From: Candidatus Methylomirabilales bacterium
GTDB taxonomy: Bacteria > Methylomirabilota > Methylomirabilia > Methylomirabilales > CSP1-5
Assembly: GCA_046758505.1 (NCBI GenBank)
Contig: JBHIAH010000013.1
Coordinates: forward strand, 1-50,311
Reading direction: 5' to 3'
DNA: 50,311 bases
Shown: piece by piece, positions 18,358 through 27,492 of the stretch
Layout: every line of letters begins with the position of its first letter
Position numbering within the stretch: position 1 is the stretch's first letter
Notes under the pieces: model-generated
Told to the model about the DNA's origin: nothing
The model's database searches: none
The model's input: only the letters and a program-made list of their open reading frames with translations
Made by a program: the position numbers and the translations under genes

Positions 18358-20853
18358 TCACCGCTCCCTCAAGGCCACGACGGTGGCGCCGCTCCCCCCT
18401 TGGTTGATCTCGGCGAGGTGAAATCCCTCCACCAGGGGGTGCGCGGTCAGGTACCTGTGTACCCCCTTTCGGAGCATCCCCGTCCCCTTCCCGTGAATCA
18501 CCCGGACTTGGCGCAGGCCTCCTACAAAGGCGGCATCGAGATACTTCTCTAAACGCCGCGTGGACTCTTCCACCGTGCATCCGACCAGATTCACCTCCGG
18601 GGAGACGGACGGAGGCCCCTCGACGAAGAGCGGCACCTCGTCACGAGGCCCTTCGGGGGACGGGGCCGGCTTGAGCGTGGAGAGGGGGAGGTGAACCCTG
18701 CCGACGTTGAGCTGGACCTCGACGGTCCCGTGGGCAGAGGCCGCGCTCAGGACCCGCCCCTGCCGCTCCAGCCCAGCCACGGTCACCCATTGTCCGGGTC
18801 GAATCTCGCCACCCCCCTGAGGGCCGCCCGCCGGCGGCGCGTCGATCGCCTCGATCCTCGCCTTCAGGCGCTCGAGCCCCTGATAAAAGGTGCGGGTCTC
18901 CTCTCGCCGAGCCCCCTGCTCCCGCACCACTCGAATCAAATCCTCCCCCTGCTGCCGGAGCTGTGCGAGGAGCTCCATGGCTTCCCCCCGGGCGCGGCGC
19001 TTGAGATCCCGAACCCCCTCGCGAAGCCGCCCCACGAGCTCCTCCGCTTCGTTCCTGAGGGCCGAGGCCCGCTGGACCTCCTCTTGGAGCCGAGCCCGGA
19101 GATGCCCAACCTGCTGGCGGTCCCGTTCGAGGGCTTCGAGGAGCGCCTGGGTCCTCTGATGCCCCTCGGTGAGGACCTCGCGCGCCTGCACCAGGATCGC
19201 CCGCGGCAGGCCGAGGCGTCCCGCAATCTCCAACCCATAACTCTGGCCCGGCAGACCGAGCCGGACGTGGTAGGCCGGAGCCAGTCGTTCCACATCGAAC
19301 TCGACACTGGCGTTTTCCACACCGGAGGTGCTGGCGGCAAAGCCCTTGACTGCCTCCAGATGCGTGGTGGCGATCACCGAGGCTCCGCGCTCGCGGAGGG
19401 CCTCCAGAATGGCGATGCCGAGGGCCGCTCCCTCCGAGGGATCCGTCCCGGCCCCAAGCTCGTCGAGGAGGACCAAGGTCTCGGGACCCGCCCCGGCCAG
19501 GATCCTGATAATCTGGCTCATATGGGAGGAGAAGGTGCTCAGGCTCTGTTCAATGCTCTGCTCATCGCCGATGTCGGCGAAGATGGCCCGGTAGCATGGG
19601 ACTTGGCTGTCCGCCGAGGCCGGGATGGGCAGGCCCGACAGGGTCATCAGCGTGAGCAGGCCGGCGGTCTTGAGCGCCACCGTCTTCCCCCCCGTGTTCG
19701 GCCCCGTGATGACCAGCACGGTGAACGCTCCGCCGACTTCAAGGTCAATGGCGACCGGCGCCGGCCTTGCTCCGCCCTCGGCCTCCCCCATGCCTCCCCC
19801 GTCACGCATCCCCGGGGGACCGGGACCCAGCATGAGGAAGGGATGGCTGGCCTGACGCAGGATCAGGCGGCGGTCGCGAGTGACCCGTGGAATCTCTGCC
19901 CGCAGGCGGACGGCGAGATGCCCCCGTGCCATGCAATGGTCCAGATCGCCCAGAAGTTCCAGATCGGCCCGGATGGTTTCTGCGTCTTGCCCGACCTGTG
20001 CGGTCAGCGACTGGAGGACTTTGATTACCTCTTCTTCCTCCTGGCGCAGGAGCATCCGCAGTCGGTTGTTCATCTCTACCACCGGGCTCGGCTCGATGAA
20101 AAGGGTGAGCCCGCTCCCCGACTGATCCTGCACGATCCCCCGGATCTTTCCCTTCGCCGCCGATTTGATCGGGATCACGTATCGCTCATTCCGAAGCGTG
20201 ACGATCGGCTCGGCCAGCGCTGTCTGGTAGGCTGGCGAGGCAAGATACCGCTCGAGCTTGGCGATGATCGCCCCGCGCAGGGTGCGGAGCTCACGGCGAA
20301 CCTCGCGAAGTCCAGGGCTCGCCGCATCGGCCACCTCTCCCTCTGCCGTAATGGCCCTCTCGATCGCCGTGCACAGGGCCTCGGGGGGACGGAGGCCGCT
20401 TGCCCGCCGCCAGAGGCGGGCCGCCGCATCCTTGGATCGATGGAAAAAGGTCCGGACCCGGCGGGCCGCCATCAAGGTCTCATAGATCTGCCAGAGGGAG
20501 CGCGGGTCGAGGGAGGACCCCTCGATCCTGGAGCGGTCAAGATGGGGTCGAATATCGGCGACCCCGGCCCAGGGAGGCTCCTCGCCCTGTCCCAGAAGCC
20601 CCTTGGCCTCTCCCGCCTCGGCCAGGGCCTCCTGGACTTGCTCCAGGCCTTCCAGTGGGCCCACCGTCCCCGCGCGCGCCTTGCCGAGGGGCGTGTCCGC
20701 CGCCTCCTCGAGCAAACCGAGAATGCCCGCAAACTCGAGCCCTGACCGTGACCGGTCGTCGATCCGCTCGCCCACCCCAGCAAAAAATCGAGGGACTCCA
20801 CGCTGAGTCCCTCGATCCCCCGTATGCCTCTCGCCCGGTCCTGGACGCGTCAT
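18358..20853 (-). CDS. mutS2: Endonuclease MutS2
   Basis: ITGPNTGGKT, IGDEQSIEQSLSTFSSHM, C-terminal Smr domain (IHGKGTG); true start may be downstream. Confidence 0.95.
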   Translation of the reverse strand: MTRPGPGERHTGDRGTQRGVPRFFAGVGERIDDRSRSGLEFAGILGLLEEAADTPLGKARAGTVGPLEGLEQVQEALAEAGEAKGLLGQGEEPPWAGVADIRPHLDRSRIEGSSLDPRSLWQIYETLMAARRVRTFFHRSKDAAARLWRRASGLRPPEALCTAIERAITAEGEVADAASPGLREVRRELRTLRGAIIAKLERYLASPAYQTALAEPIVTLRNERYVIPIKSAAKGKIRGIVQDQSGSGLTLFIEPSPVVEMNNRLRMLLRQEEEEVIKVLQSLTAQVGQDAETIRADLELLGDLDHCMARGHLAVRLRAEIPRVTRDRRLILRQASHPFLMLGPGPPGMRDGGGMGEAEGGARPAPVAIDLEVGGAFTVLVITGPNTGGKTVALKTAGLLTLMTLSGLPIPASADSQVPCYRAIFADIGDEQSIEQSLSTFSSHMSQIIRILAGAGPETLVLLDELGAGTDPSEGAALGIAILEALRERGASVIATTHLEAVKGFAASTSGVENASVEFDVERLAPAYHVRLGLPGQSYGLEIAGRLGLPRAILVQAREVLTEGHQRTQALLEALERDRQQVGHLRARLQEEVQRASALRNEAEELVGRLREGVRDLKRRARGEAMELLAQLRQQGEDLIRVVREQGARREETRTFYQGLERLKARIEAIDAPPAGGPQGGGEIRPGQWVTVAGLERQGRVLSAASAHGTVEVQLNVGRVHLPLSTLKPAPSPEGPRDEVPLFVEGPPSVSPEVNLVGCTVEESTRRLEKYLDAAFVGGLRQVRVIHGKGTGMLRKGVHRYLTAHPLVEGFHLAEINQGGSGATVVALRER

Positions 20854-21302
20854 CCTCCCCCCGAGAGTTCCTGCCTCACCAGGCGGCTGACCGCTTCTCC
20901 CTCAGCCCGCCCGGCCACTTGAGGCATCAAGGCAGCCATCACCTTTCCCATGTCCTTCACCGACCCGGCTCCTGTGGCGGTAATAGTCTCCCGCACCTTG
21001 GCCAGGAGTTCCTCGGGGGACATCGCCTGGGGCAGGAATCCGTCCAGAACCTGCAGTTCCGCCTCTTCCTTGAGGGCGAGGTCCTCCCGCCCTCCTCGAC
21101 GGAACTGCTGGATGGCTTCCCGCCGCTGGTTGCATTCCCTGACGATGAGCTGGAGGATTTCGGGCTCGGTCAGCTGTCCCCGCCTCTCCACCTCACGGTT
21201 CCTGACGGCGGACAGCAGCAAACGGAGGGTCGAAGCCTCCACCTTTCGGCCGGCCTTCAGGGCCGCCTGGAGGTCCTGGTGGAGGCGTGCCGTGAAATCC
21301 AT
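20850..21302 (-). CDS. GatB/YqeY domain protein
   Basis: LRLLLSAV...KDMGKVMAALMPQVAGRAEG; follows rpsU. Confidence 0.92.
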   Translation of the reverse strand: MDFTARLHQDLQAALKAGRKVEASTLRLLLSAVRNREVERRGQLTEPEILQLIVRECNQRREAIQQFRRGGREDLALKEEAELQVLDGFLPQAMSPEELLAKVRETITATGAGSVKDMGKVMAALMPQVAGRAEGEAVSRLVRQELSGGG

Positions 21303-21309
21303 GCTACCC

Positions 21310-21501
21310 CTACATCGTTCGCATCTTCTTCAGCTTCTTTTTTCGGGCGGCGAGAGCCTTCTTCTTTCGGCGCACGCTAGGTTTTTCGTAATGCTGGCGC
21401 CTCCGCATCTCGGAAAGCACTCCAGCCTTCTCCACCTGCTTCTTAAAGCGCCTTAGAGCACTCTCGAAGCTCTCGTCCTCCCGGACGAGCACGGTCGTCA
21501 C
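21310..21501 (-). CDS. rpsU: 30S ribosomal protein S21
   Basis: [33 protein letters not shown]. Confidence 0.97.
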   Translation of the reverse strand: MTTVLVREDESFESALRRFKKQVEKAGVLSEMRRRQHYEKPSVRRKKKALAARKKKLKKMRTM

Positions 21502-21610
21502 CCCTCACACCTCCCAACCATTTATATTTGTATTTCCAATAGGTTGAATTGACAAAAGAAATGGCGTGTAAAAACCCACTACGTTACATTAGACCATCCT
21601 GAGCCCTCTG

Positions 21611-22327
21611 TCAATGGGTCTTCCGCCCCTTTCCTCCCCTTTTATATTCCGCCTTCTTTTTCCCCACCCGCCCTTCAAGCTCCTCCCAGAGCTGGTCCAA
21701 GGGGATACCGCGTGCCCCGAGGAGAACCAGGGTGTGAAACCAGAGGTCCGCCACCTCATAGACGATCTCCCGCCGCCGCCCCCCCTTGACACTCAGGAGG
21801 ACCTCGCAGGCCTCCTCGGCAATCTTCCTGAGAATCCGATCGTCCCCCTCTTGGAAGAGCGAGGCCACATACGACCCTGGGGGCCGCCTCTTCTTGCGCT
21901 CCAGAATGGTCCCGTAGACCGCATCGAGGATCCGGGATGAGGGCCCGTAGACCGCCCCCGGCCGAAAGACCTGCCCCGTGACTGGGGCAGAGGACCTGAG
22001 ATTCCTCTTGACGCGCCGGAAGAAGCACGAGCGATACCCGAAATGACAGGCCGCCTCTTGCTGCTCCACCTGGAGGAGCAGGGCATCGCCGTCACAGTCG
22101 ATGCGGATCTCTCCGACCCGCTGCACGTGTCCTGACTCTTCTCCCTTCTTCCACAGCCGACCCCGCGACCGGCTGTAATAGTGCGCAAGTCCGGTGTCCA
22201 GGGTTTTCCGGAGGGCTTCCCGGTTCATATAGGCCACCATTAACACGTGGCCTGTCTTGCCATCTTGGGCGATGGCGGGAATGAGACCCTTCTTGTCAAA
22301 CTTCAAGCCACCCGGGAGCTTGGCCAC
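21611..22327 (-). CDS. hisIE: Bifunctional phosphoribosyl-AMP cyclohydrolase/phosphoribosyl-ATP pyrophosphatase
   Basis: [26 protein letters not shown], then YEVADLWFH. Confidence 0.95.
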   Translation of the reverse strand: MAKLPGGLKFDKKGLIPAIAQDGKTGHVLMVAYMNREALRKTLDTGLAHYYSRSRGRLWKKGEESGHVQRVGEIRIDCDGDALLLQVEQQEAACHFGYRSCFFRRVKRNLRSSAPVTGQVFRPGAVYGPSSRILDAVYGTILERKKRRPPGSYVASLFQEGDDRILRKIAEEACEVLLSVKGGRRREIVYEVADLWFHTLVLLGARGIPLDQLWEELEGRVGKKKAEYKRGGKGRKTH

Positions 22328-22341
22328 AACGATCCCCCTTT

Positions 22342-22457
22342 TGGTTCACGGTTCACGGTTCAGAGCTAATGGTTCAGGATTCAGAGTGAAAAACCAAGAA
22401 ACGGATCTTTTAGGCATTCCTTCCTACCATGAACCATGAACTATGAACTCTGAACAT
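22342..22457. repeat. Family A palindromic heptamer element (core reversed)
   Basis: GGTTCACGGTTCACGGTTCAG...spacer...CCATGAACCATGAACTATGAACTCTGAAC. Confidence 0.8.
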
Positions 22458-22473
22458 GGGCGGCAAAGCCGCC

Positions 22474-23295
22474 CTAGGGGCGCACGGCGATGCCGCACCC
22501 CCTCAGGTACGCCTTGGCTTCGGGCACGGAGATCTCCCGGAAATGAAAGATGGACGCGGCGAGAGCCGCATCGGCCTTGCCGACGGCAAAGGCCTCGTAG
22601 AGATGTTCCACCGTCCCGGCCCCCCCGGAGGCGATCACGGGAACCCGCACGCGCTCGGCGACCGCTCGCGTCAGGTCCAGATCGTACCCGTCCTTTGTCC
22701 CGTCGCGGTCCATGCTCGTCAGCAGGATCTCCCCCGACCCCAAGGCCACGCCCCGCTCTGCCCATCCCACCGCATCCAGACCGGTTGCCGTGCGACCACC
22801 GTGAATGTACACCTCCCATGCGAGTTCATGGTTCATGGGTGGTGGTTCATGGTCTGGTCTTTCTCTGAACCCTGAACCCTGAACCCTGAACCCTTTCCGT
22901 TTGGCGTCGATGGCGAGAACGATACACTGGCTTCCGAATCGCTCCGCCGCCTCTCGGAGGAGGTTGGGATTTTGCACCGCCGCCGTGTTGACCGAGACCT
23001 TATCCGCCCCAGCCAGGAGCAGCGCTCGGATGCCCTCCAGATCCCGGACCCCGCCCCCCACGGTGAGGGGGGTAAACGCCCGTTCTGCCGTCTTCTCGAC
23101 GACCCCGATCAGGATCTTCCGACGTTCAGCCGATGCGGTAATGTCGAGGAAGACCAGCTCATCAGCCCCCTCGTGATCGTAGCGCTCCGCCACCTCCGCC
23201 GGATCCCCCGCGTCTCGCAGGTCCACGAACCGGGTTCCCTTGACCACCCGGCCATCCTTGACATCGAGGCAGGGAATAACGCGCTTCGCTAGCAT
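22474..23295 (-). CDS. hisF: Imidazole glycerol phosphate synthase cyclase subunit, with 24-aa repeat-derived insertion
   Basis: [37 protein letters not shown]. Confidence 0.96.
   Translation of the reverse strand: MLAKRVIPCLDVKDGRVVKGTRFVDLRDAGDPAEVAERYDHEGADELVFLDITASAERRKILIGVVEKTAERAFTPLTVGGGVRDLEGIRALLLAGADKVSVNTAAVQNPNLLREAAERFGSQCIVLAIDAKRKGFRVQGSGFRERPDHEPPPMNHELAWEVYIHGGRTATGLDAVGWAERGVALGSGEILLTSMDRDGTKDGYDLDLTRAVAERVRVPVIASGGAGTVEHLYEAFAVGKADAALAASIFHFREISVPEAKAYLRGCGIAVRP
22822..22893. repeat. Family A element inserted in frame within hisF
   Basis: 72 bp: GAGTTCATGGTTCATGGGTGGTGGTTCATGG...CTGAACCCTGAACCCTGAACCCTGAACCC. Confidence 0.85.
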
Positions 23296-24026
23296 CGATG
23301 AACCGTCCCCGCCGCCGCCACCGCTAGCGCCGCCGCGAGCTCGACTGCACCGCCGTACAGGGCCTGACCGAGGATGGCCCCGGCCACACCCCTGATGCTC
23401 CGGAGTCGCCGAATATCGTCCAGGGAGGCAATACCCCCCGAGGCGAGCAACGGGTGCCGGCTCCGCCTGCCCATCGCTTCCAGCCCAGCGAAATTGGGCC
23501 CTTCCAACGTCCCGTCCTTCTGGATGTCGGTGTACAGGATTGCAGCCAACTCCAGGGAGGCGACCCGTTCGGCCACCTCCTCCGCCGAATCGTCCAAGGT
23601 CTCGCGCCACCCCTTGACCGCGACCTTTCCCCCCTTGGCATCGAGGGCGAGGATGATCCGCCTCGGATAGGCCGTGCAGGCTGCCTCCAGAAAACCCGGG
23701 TTCAGGATCGCGGAGGTCCCGACAACCGCCAAGGCGACACCGGCATCAAAGACCGCGTCAACCGATTCCAGAGTCCGCAGACCACCGCCGGCTTGGACCG
23801 GAATGGCGACCGCCCGCGCTACCGCCCCAACCAGCGTTCGCTGCGTCGGGGTCCCGGCAAAGGCCCCATCCAGGTCAACCACGTGCAGGCGCCGCGCCCC
23901 CTGCGCCTCCCACGCCTTGGCGACCGCGACCGGATCGTCCGCATACACCCGCTCTCGCGCCGGATCCCCCTGGGTCAGGCGAACTGCTCTCCCATTCTTG
24001 ATATCGACAGCGGGAATGATCAACAA
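23289..24026 (-). CDS. hisA: ProFAR isomerase
   Basis: [37 protein letters not shown] start after GGAGG. Confidence 0.95.
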   Translation of the reverse strand: MLIIPAVDIKNGRAVRLTQGDPARERVYADDPVAVAKAWEAQGARRLHVVDLDGAFAGTPTQRTLVGAVARAVAIPVQAGGGLRTLESVDAVFDAGVALAVVGTSAILNPGFLEAACTAYPRRIILALDAKGGKVAVKGWRETLDDSAEEVAERVASLELAAILYTDIQKDGTLEGPNFAGLEAMGRRSRHPLLASGGIASLDDIRRLRSIRGVAGAILGQALYGGAVELAAALAVAAAGTVHRC

Positions 24027-24045
24027 TCGAACAGCTCCTCCGCAA

Positions 24046-24158
24046 TCAGCAGTCAGCACATTGTTAGCTGTCAGGAGTCAGCTCTCAGCTGTCAGCAAGA
24101 ATCTGAAGCGACCGGACCGAGATTAAAGCTGACTGCCGATTGCTGACAGCTGACCGCT
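24046..24158. repeat. Family C palindromic heptamer element (TCAGCWG ... CTGACWG)
   Basis: TCAGCAGTCAGCA...TCAGCTCTCAGCTGTCAGC-spacer-GCTGACTGCCGATTGCTGACAGCTGACCGCT. Confidence 0.75.
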
Positions 24159-24803
24159 CTACGATGCGGCCAGCTTGCCAAAATTGGCGAGGATCTGCAG
24201 ACCCAGGGCCTGGCTCTTCTCGGGATGAAACTGGGTGGCAAAGAGGTTATCCCGCCAGACCATGGAAGTGAAAGGGATCCCGTATTCGGTGAGGCCGGCG
24301 ATGGCGCCCTCCTCCTCGGGTTCCACATAGTACGAGTGAACGAAGTAGAAGTACGAGCCGTCCGGGATCCCGTGCATGATCGGCACGTCTTTTTTCAGGT
24401 GCACCTGATTCCAGCCCATATGGGGAACCTTAAGGCGCGATGACCGATGGCCGATGGCCGATGACGGAACGGCATCGGGAAAGCGGCGGACCCGGCCCCG
24501 GAGGAGATCAAGGCCCTTATGGAGACCGAACTCCTCACTCTCCGAAAAGAGAAAATGGAGCCCGAGACAGATCCCGAGGAGCGGCTTTCCGGACCGGATG
24601 TCCCGGAGAAGCGGATCAATGAATCCCGCCCTCTCCAGCGTCGCGATCCCGTCGGCAAAGGCCCCCACCCCCGGGAGGACGATTCCGGCCGCGTCCCGGA
24701 GCAACCGAGACTCCTTGATCACGCGCGCAGGGACCCCAACCCTTTCGAATCCCTTCGCCACGCTCCGCAGATTGGCGATCCCGCTGTCGACAATGGCAAT
24801 CAT
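24159..24803 (-). CDS. hisH: Imidazole glycerol phosphate synthase glutaminase subunit
   Basis: LPGVGAF, LGICLG, VPHMGWN, YFVHSY, QFHPEKS. Confidence 0.97.
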   Translation of the reverse strand: MIAIVDSGIANLRSVAKGFERVGVPARVIKESRLLRDAAGIVLPGVGAFADGIATLERAGFIDPLLRDIRSGKPLLGICLGLHFLFSESEEFGLHKGLDLLRGRVRRFPDAVPSSAIGHRSSRLKVPHMGWNQVHLKKDVPIMHGIPDGSYFYFVHSYYVEPEEEGAIAGLTEYGIPFTSMVWRDNLFATQFHPEKSQALGLQILANFGKLAAS

Positions 24804-24805
24804 GT

Positions 24806-24908
24806 CGGTCCACGGTTCATAGTTCAGGGTTCAGATTTTACTCCAGGATTCAAGGATCCGTTCTTGGTTTTCTCTCTGGACCATGAACCATGAACCACGA
24901 ACTCTGAA
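24806..24908. repeat. Family A palindromic heptamer element
   Basis: CGGTTCATAGTTCAGGGTTCAG-spacer-CCATGAACCATGAACCACGAACTCTGAAC. Confidence 0.8.
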
Positions 24909-24927
24909 CAAGGACCGCAAAGCGGTC

Positions 24928-25515
24928 CTACAGGGTGCCCTTGGTCGACGGGATGCCCTTCACGCGAGGATCCAGAGCGGTTGCCGCGTCGAGGGCCCGA
25001 CCCGCCGCCTTGAAGACCGCCTCGGCCATATGGTGTGTGTTCTCGCCGTACGGAATCCCGATGTGGAGATTCGCCCGCAGGGCCGTGACGAAGGCCCGAA
25101 AAAACTCCTTGAGGAGTGTGGCATCGAACTCCCCGATCTTCCCTACGAGCCCGTCGGCCCCGTAGGCCAGGTAGGGGCGACCACTCAAGTCCACGGCGAC
25201 CCACCCCAACGCGTCATCCATCGGCACCGTCGCCTGCGCGGTGCGCCGGATACGGGCCCGGTCCCCCAGTGCCCGGGCAAAGGCCTCTCCCAGGGCCAAC
25301 CCCACATCCTCCATGGTATGGTGCGGATCGACCTCTAAATCTCCCTGCGCCCGTAGCGTGAGATCAAAGAGCCCGTGCTTCACGAGTTGCGCAAGCATAT
25401 GATCAAAGAAGGGGAGACCAGTCTTGATCCGGTATCTCCCCTCCCCGTCAAGCGTAAGCTCGACGGCGACATCGGTCTCCGTGGTCCGGCGACGGACCGT
25501 CGCCTTGCGCAACAT
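24928..25515 (-). CDS. hisB: Imidazoleglycerol-phosphate dehydratase
   Basis: RRTTETD, FFDHML, DPHHTMED, NTHHMAEAVFKA, IPSTKG. Confidence 0.96.
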   Translation of the reverse strand: MLRKATVRRRTTETDVAVELTLDGEGRYRIKTGLPFFDHMLAQLVKHGLFDLTLRAQGDLEVDPHHTMEDVGLALGEAFARALGDRARIRRTAQATVPMDDALGWVAVDLSGRPYLAYGADGLVGKIGEFDATLLKEFFRAFVTALRANLHIGIPYGENTHHMAEAVFKAAGRALDAATALDPRVKGIPSTKGTL

Positions 25516-25546
25516 CCGTTTGGACTTTCCCTTCACGGTTCCTCCC

Positions 25547-26839
25547 CTACGGCTTCTGGCGAATCCGGACCGCCCGGGCATGGCCATCGAGCCCCTCGAG
25601 CAGGGCGAGCGTGACGGCAGGGGCCCCCAGCCGGTGCAGCCCCTCTGCAGTGAACTGGAGGAGGCTCGTCCGGCGCAGGAAATCCTCCACCGAGAGGGGA
25701 GAGGCAAACCGCGCCGTCCCCCCAGTGGGGAGGACATGGTTCGGGCCGGCCACGTAATCCCCGAGGGCTTCGGGGGAGAAGGCCCCCATGAAGACGGCTC
25801 CCGCATGCCGGATACGTTCCAGGTGGGACCACGGTTCCTGGCAGTGCAGTTCCACATGCTCGGGGGCGATGCTGTTCACCAGCGGGAAGGCGGCCTCGAG
25901 CGTCGGCACCACGAGGATGCCCCCGTTTTTCGCGAGGCTCGCCTCGGCAATCCGGCGTCGGGGAAGGTCGGCGAGCTGTCGGCGGAGCTCGGCCACCACC
26001 CCCTCCGCGACGCGCTCGCTGACCGTGATGCAGAGGGTCATGGCCATTTCATCATGCTCCGCCTGGGCGAGAAGGTCTGCGGCCACAAACGCCGGTTCAG
26101 CGGATTCGTCGGCGACCACAACCACCTCGGTCGGCCCCGCAATTGTATCGATCCCCACGACCCCGGCGACCAGGCGTTTGGCGGTCGCGACGTAGATGTT
26201 GCCCGGACCCACGATCTTGTCCACCCTCGGAACCGAGGCGGTCCCGTACGCTAACGCCGCGATCGCCTGCGCCCCTCCCACCTTGTAGATCTCTCCAATC
26301 CCCGCCAGGGAAGCGGCCACCAGGACCGCGGGATGCACCCGGAGGTCAGCCGTGACCGGGGTGCACATCACCTTCCGCTTCACCCCGGCCACCGCCGCGG
26401 GAATTCCGTTCATCAGGACGGTGGAGGGATAGACTGCCTTCCCCCCCGGGATGTAGAAGCCGACTTGATCCAGCGGGCGGCAGAGCTGGCCCAGGACTGC
26501 CCCCTCCTCGGTCAGGAACCAGGAGTGGGGGAGCTGCCGGCGGTGAAAGGCCTCGATCCGCGCTGCGGCCAGCTTCAACGCCTCGACCGCCTCGGGACGC
26601 AGCTCATCATAGGCGCGCTCCACCTCTTCCCGGGTGACCCGGAGCGTCGCGGGGGTGAGAGAGACCCCGTCGAAACGCTTGGCGTATTCCACCAGGGCCG
26701 CATCCCCTCTCTCGCGCACCTCGGTGAGGATGGGACGCACTGCTTCCTCCGCCTCCGCGGAAACCGTCGCCCGCTGCAGGGCGAGCGCCTGCAGGAAGGC
26801 GGCCCCTTCGTCCCCTTCGGCGTGGACGTATCGAATCAT
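25547..26839 (-). CDS. hisD: Histidinol dehydrogenase
   Basis: GGAQAIAALAYG, GPGNIYV, AQAEHD, GPNHVLPT. Confidence 0.97.
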   Translation of the reverse strand: MIRYVHAEGDEGAAFLQALALQRATVSAEAEEAVRPILTEVRERGDAALVEYAKRFDGVSLTPATLRVTREEVERAYDELRPEAVEALKLAAARIEAFHRRQLPHSWFLTEEGAVLGQLCRPLDQVGFYIPGGKAVYPSTVLMNGIPAAVAGVKRKVMCTPVTADLRVHPAVLVAASLAGIGEIYKVGGAQAIAALAYGTASVPRVDKIVGPGNIYVATAKRLVAGVVGIDTIAGPTEVVVVADESAEPAFVAADLLAQAEHDEMAMTLCITVSERVAEGVVAELRRQLADLPRRRIAEASLAKNGGILVVPTLEAAFPLVNSIAPEHVELHCQEPWSHLERIRHAGAVFMGAFSPEALGDYVAGPNHVLPTGGTARFASPLSVEDFLRRTSLLQFTAEGLHRLGAPAVTLALLEGLDGHARAVRIRQKP

Positions 26840-27492
26840 GCCGTCCCTCCCCGAACGACGGCACTCAGTTGATCAATCAGTCCACGGACCTGCCGGTATT
26901 TGGTCTTCAAGGCGGCCCGATTGACAATGAGCCGAGCCGTGGCCGGCGCAATCTCTGCCACCTCTTCCAATCCGTTCTCCTGCAACGTCCGTCCCGTGTC
27001 CACCACATCCACAATCCGTTCGCACAGTCCGACCAACGGTGCCAGCTCGATGGAGCCCGAGAGTCGAATGATCTCCACCTGCACCCCGTGCGCTGCGAAG
27101 TACCGTTCGGCCGATCTGGGATACTTGGTGGCCACCCGGACGGAGGAGAACGCCACGGGTCTCTCCCGAGGCTCAAGGTTCTTCGGCTGTGCAACCACCA
27201 AACGGCAGGCCCCAAATTTGAGGTCCAGGGGCTCGTAGACATCCCGCTCTTGCTCGAGGAGGATATCCTTTCCCACCACCCCCACATCCGTGGCACCGTA
27301 CTCCACGTAAGTCGGAATATCGGCCGGCCGGAGAACCAAGAAGCGATACGCCCCGGTTCGGTCCTCGCACAGGAGGCGCCGGGACTCCGTGAGCCCCTCG
27401 AGCCCTCCGATCCCCACCGCCTCGAAGAGCGTGATGGTCCGCGGGAGGAGCCGACCCTTTGGGAGAGCAATGGCGATTTGCCCCCGCCGCAT
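26836..27492 (-). CDS. hisG: ATP phosphoribosyltransferase, short form
   Basis: IALPKGRL, VATKYP, GSIELAP, IVDVVDTGRTL; 218 aa with no regulatory C-terminal domain. Confidence 0.96.
   Translation of the reverse strand: MRRGQIAIALPKGRLLPRTITLFEAVGIGGLEGLTESRRLLCEDRTGAYRFLVLRPADIPTYVEYGATDVGVVGKDILLEQERDVYEPLDLKFGACRLVVAQPKNLEPRERPVAFSSVRVATKYPRSAERYFAAHGVQVEIIRLSGSIELAPLVGLCERIVDVVDTGRTLQENGLEEVAEIAPATARLIVNRAALKTKYRQVRGLIDQLSAVVRGGTA

Noticed and set aside
19760..19830. Gly/Pro-rich loop in MutS2 as another repeat insertion
   Set aside because: No 7-bp periodicity or match to the repeat families; this loop is naturally variable.
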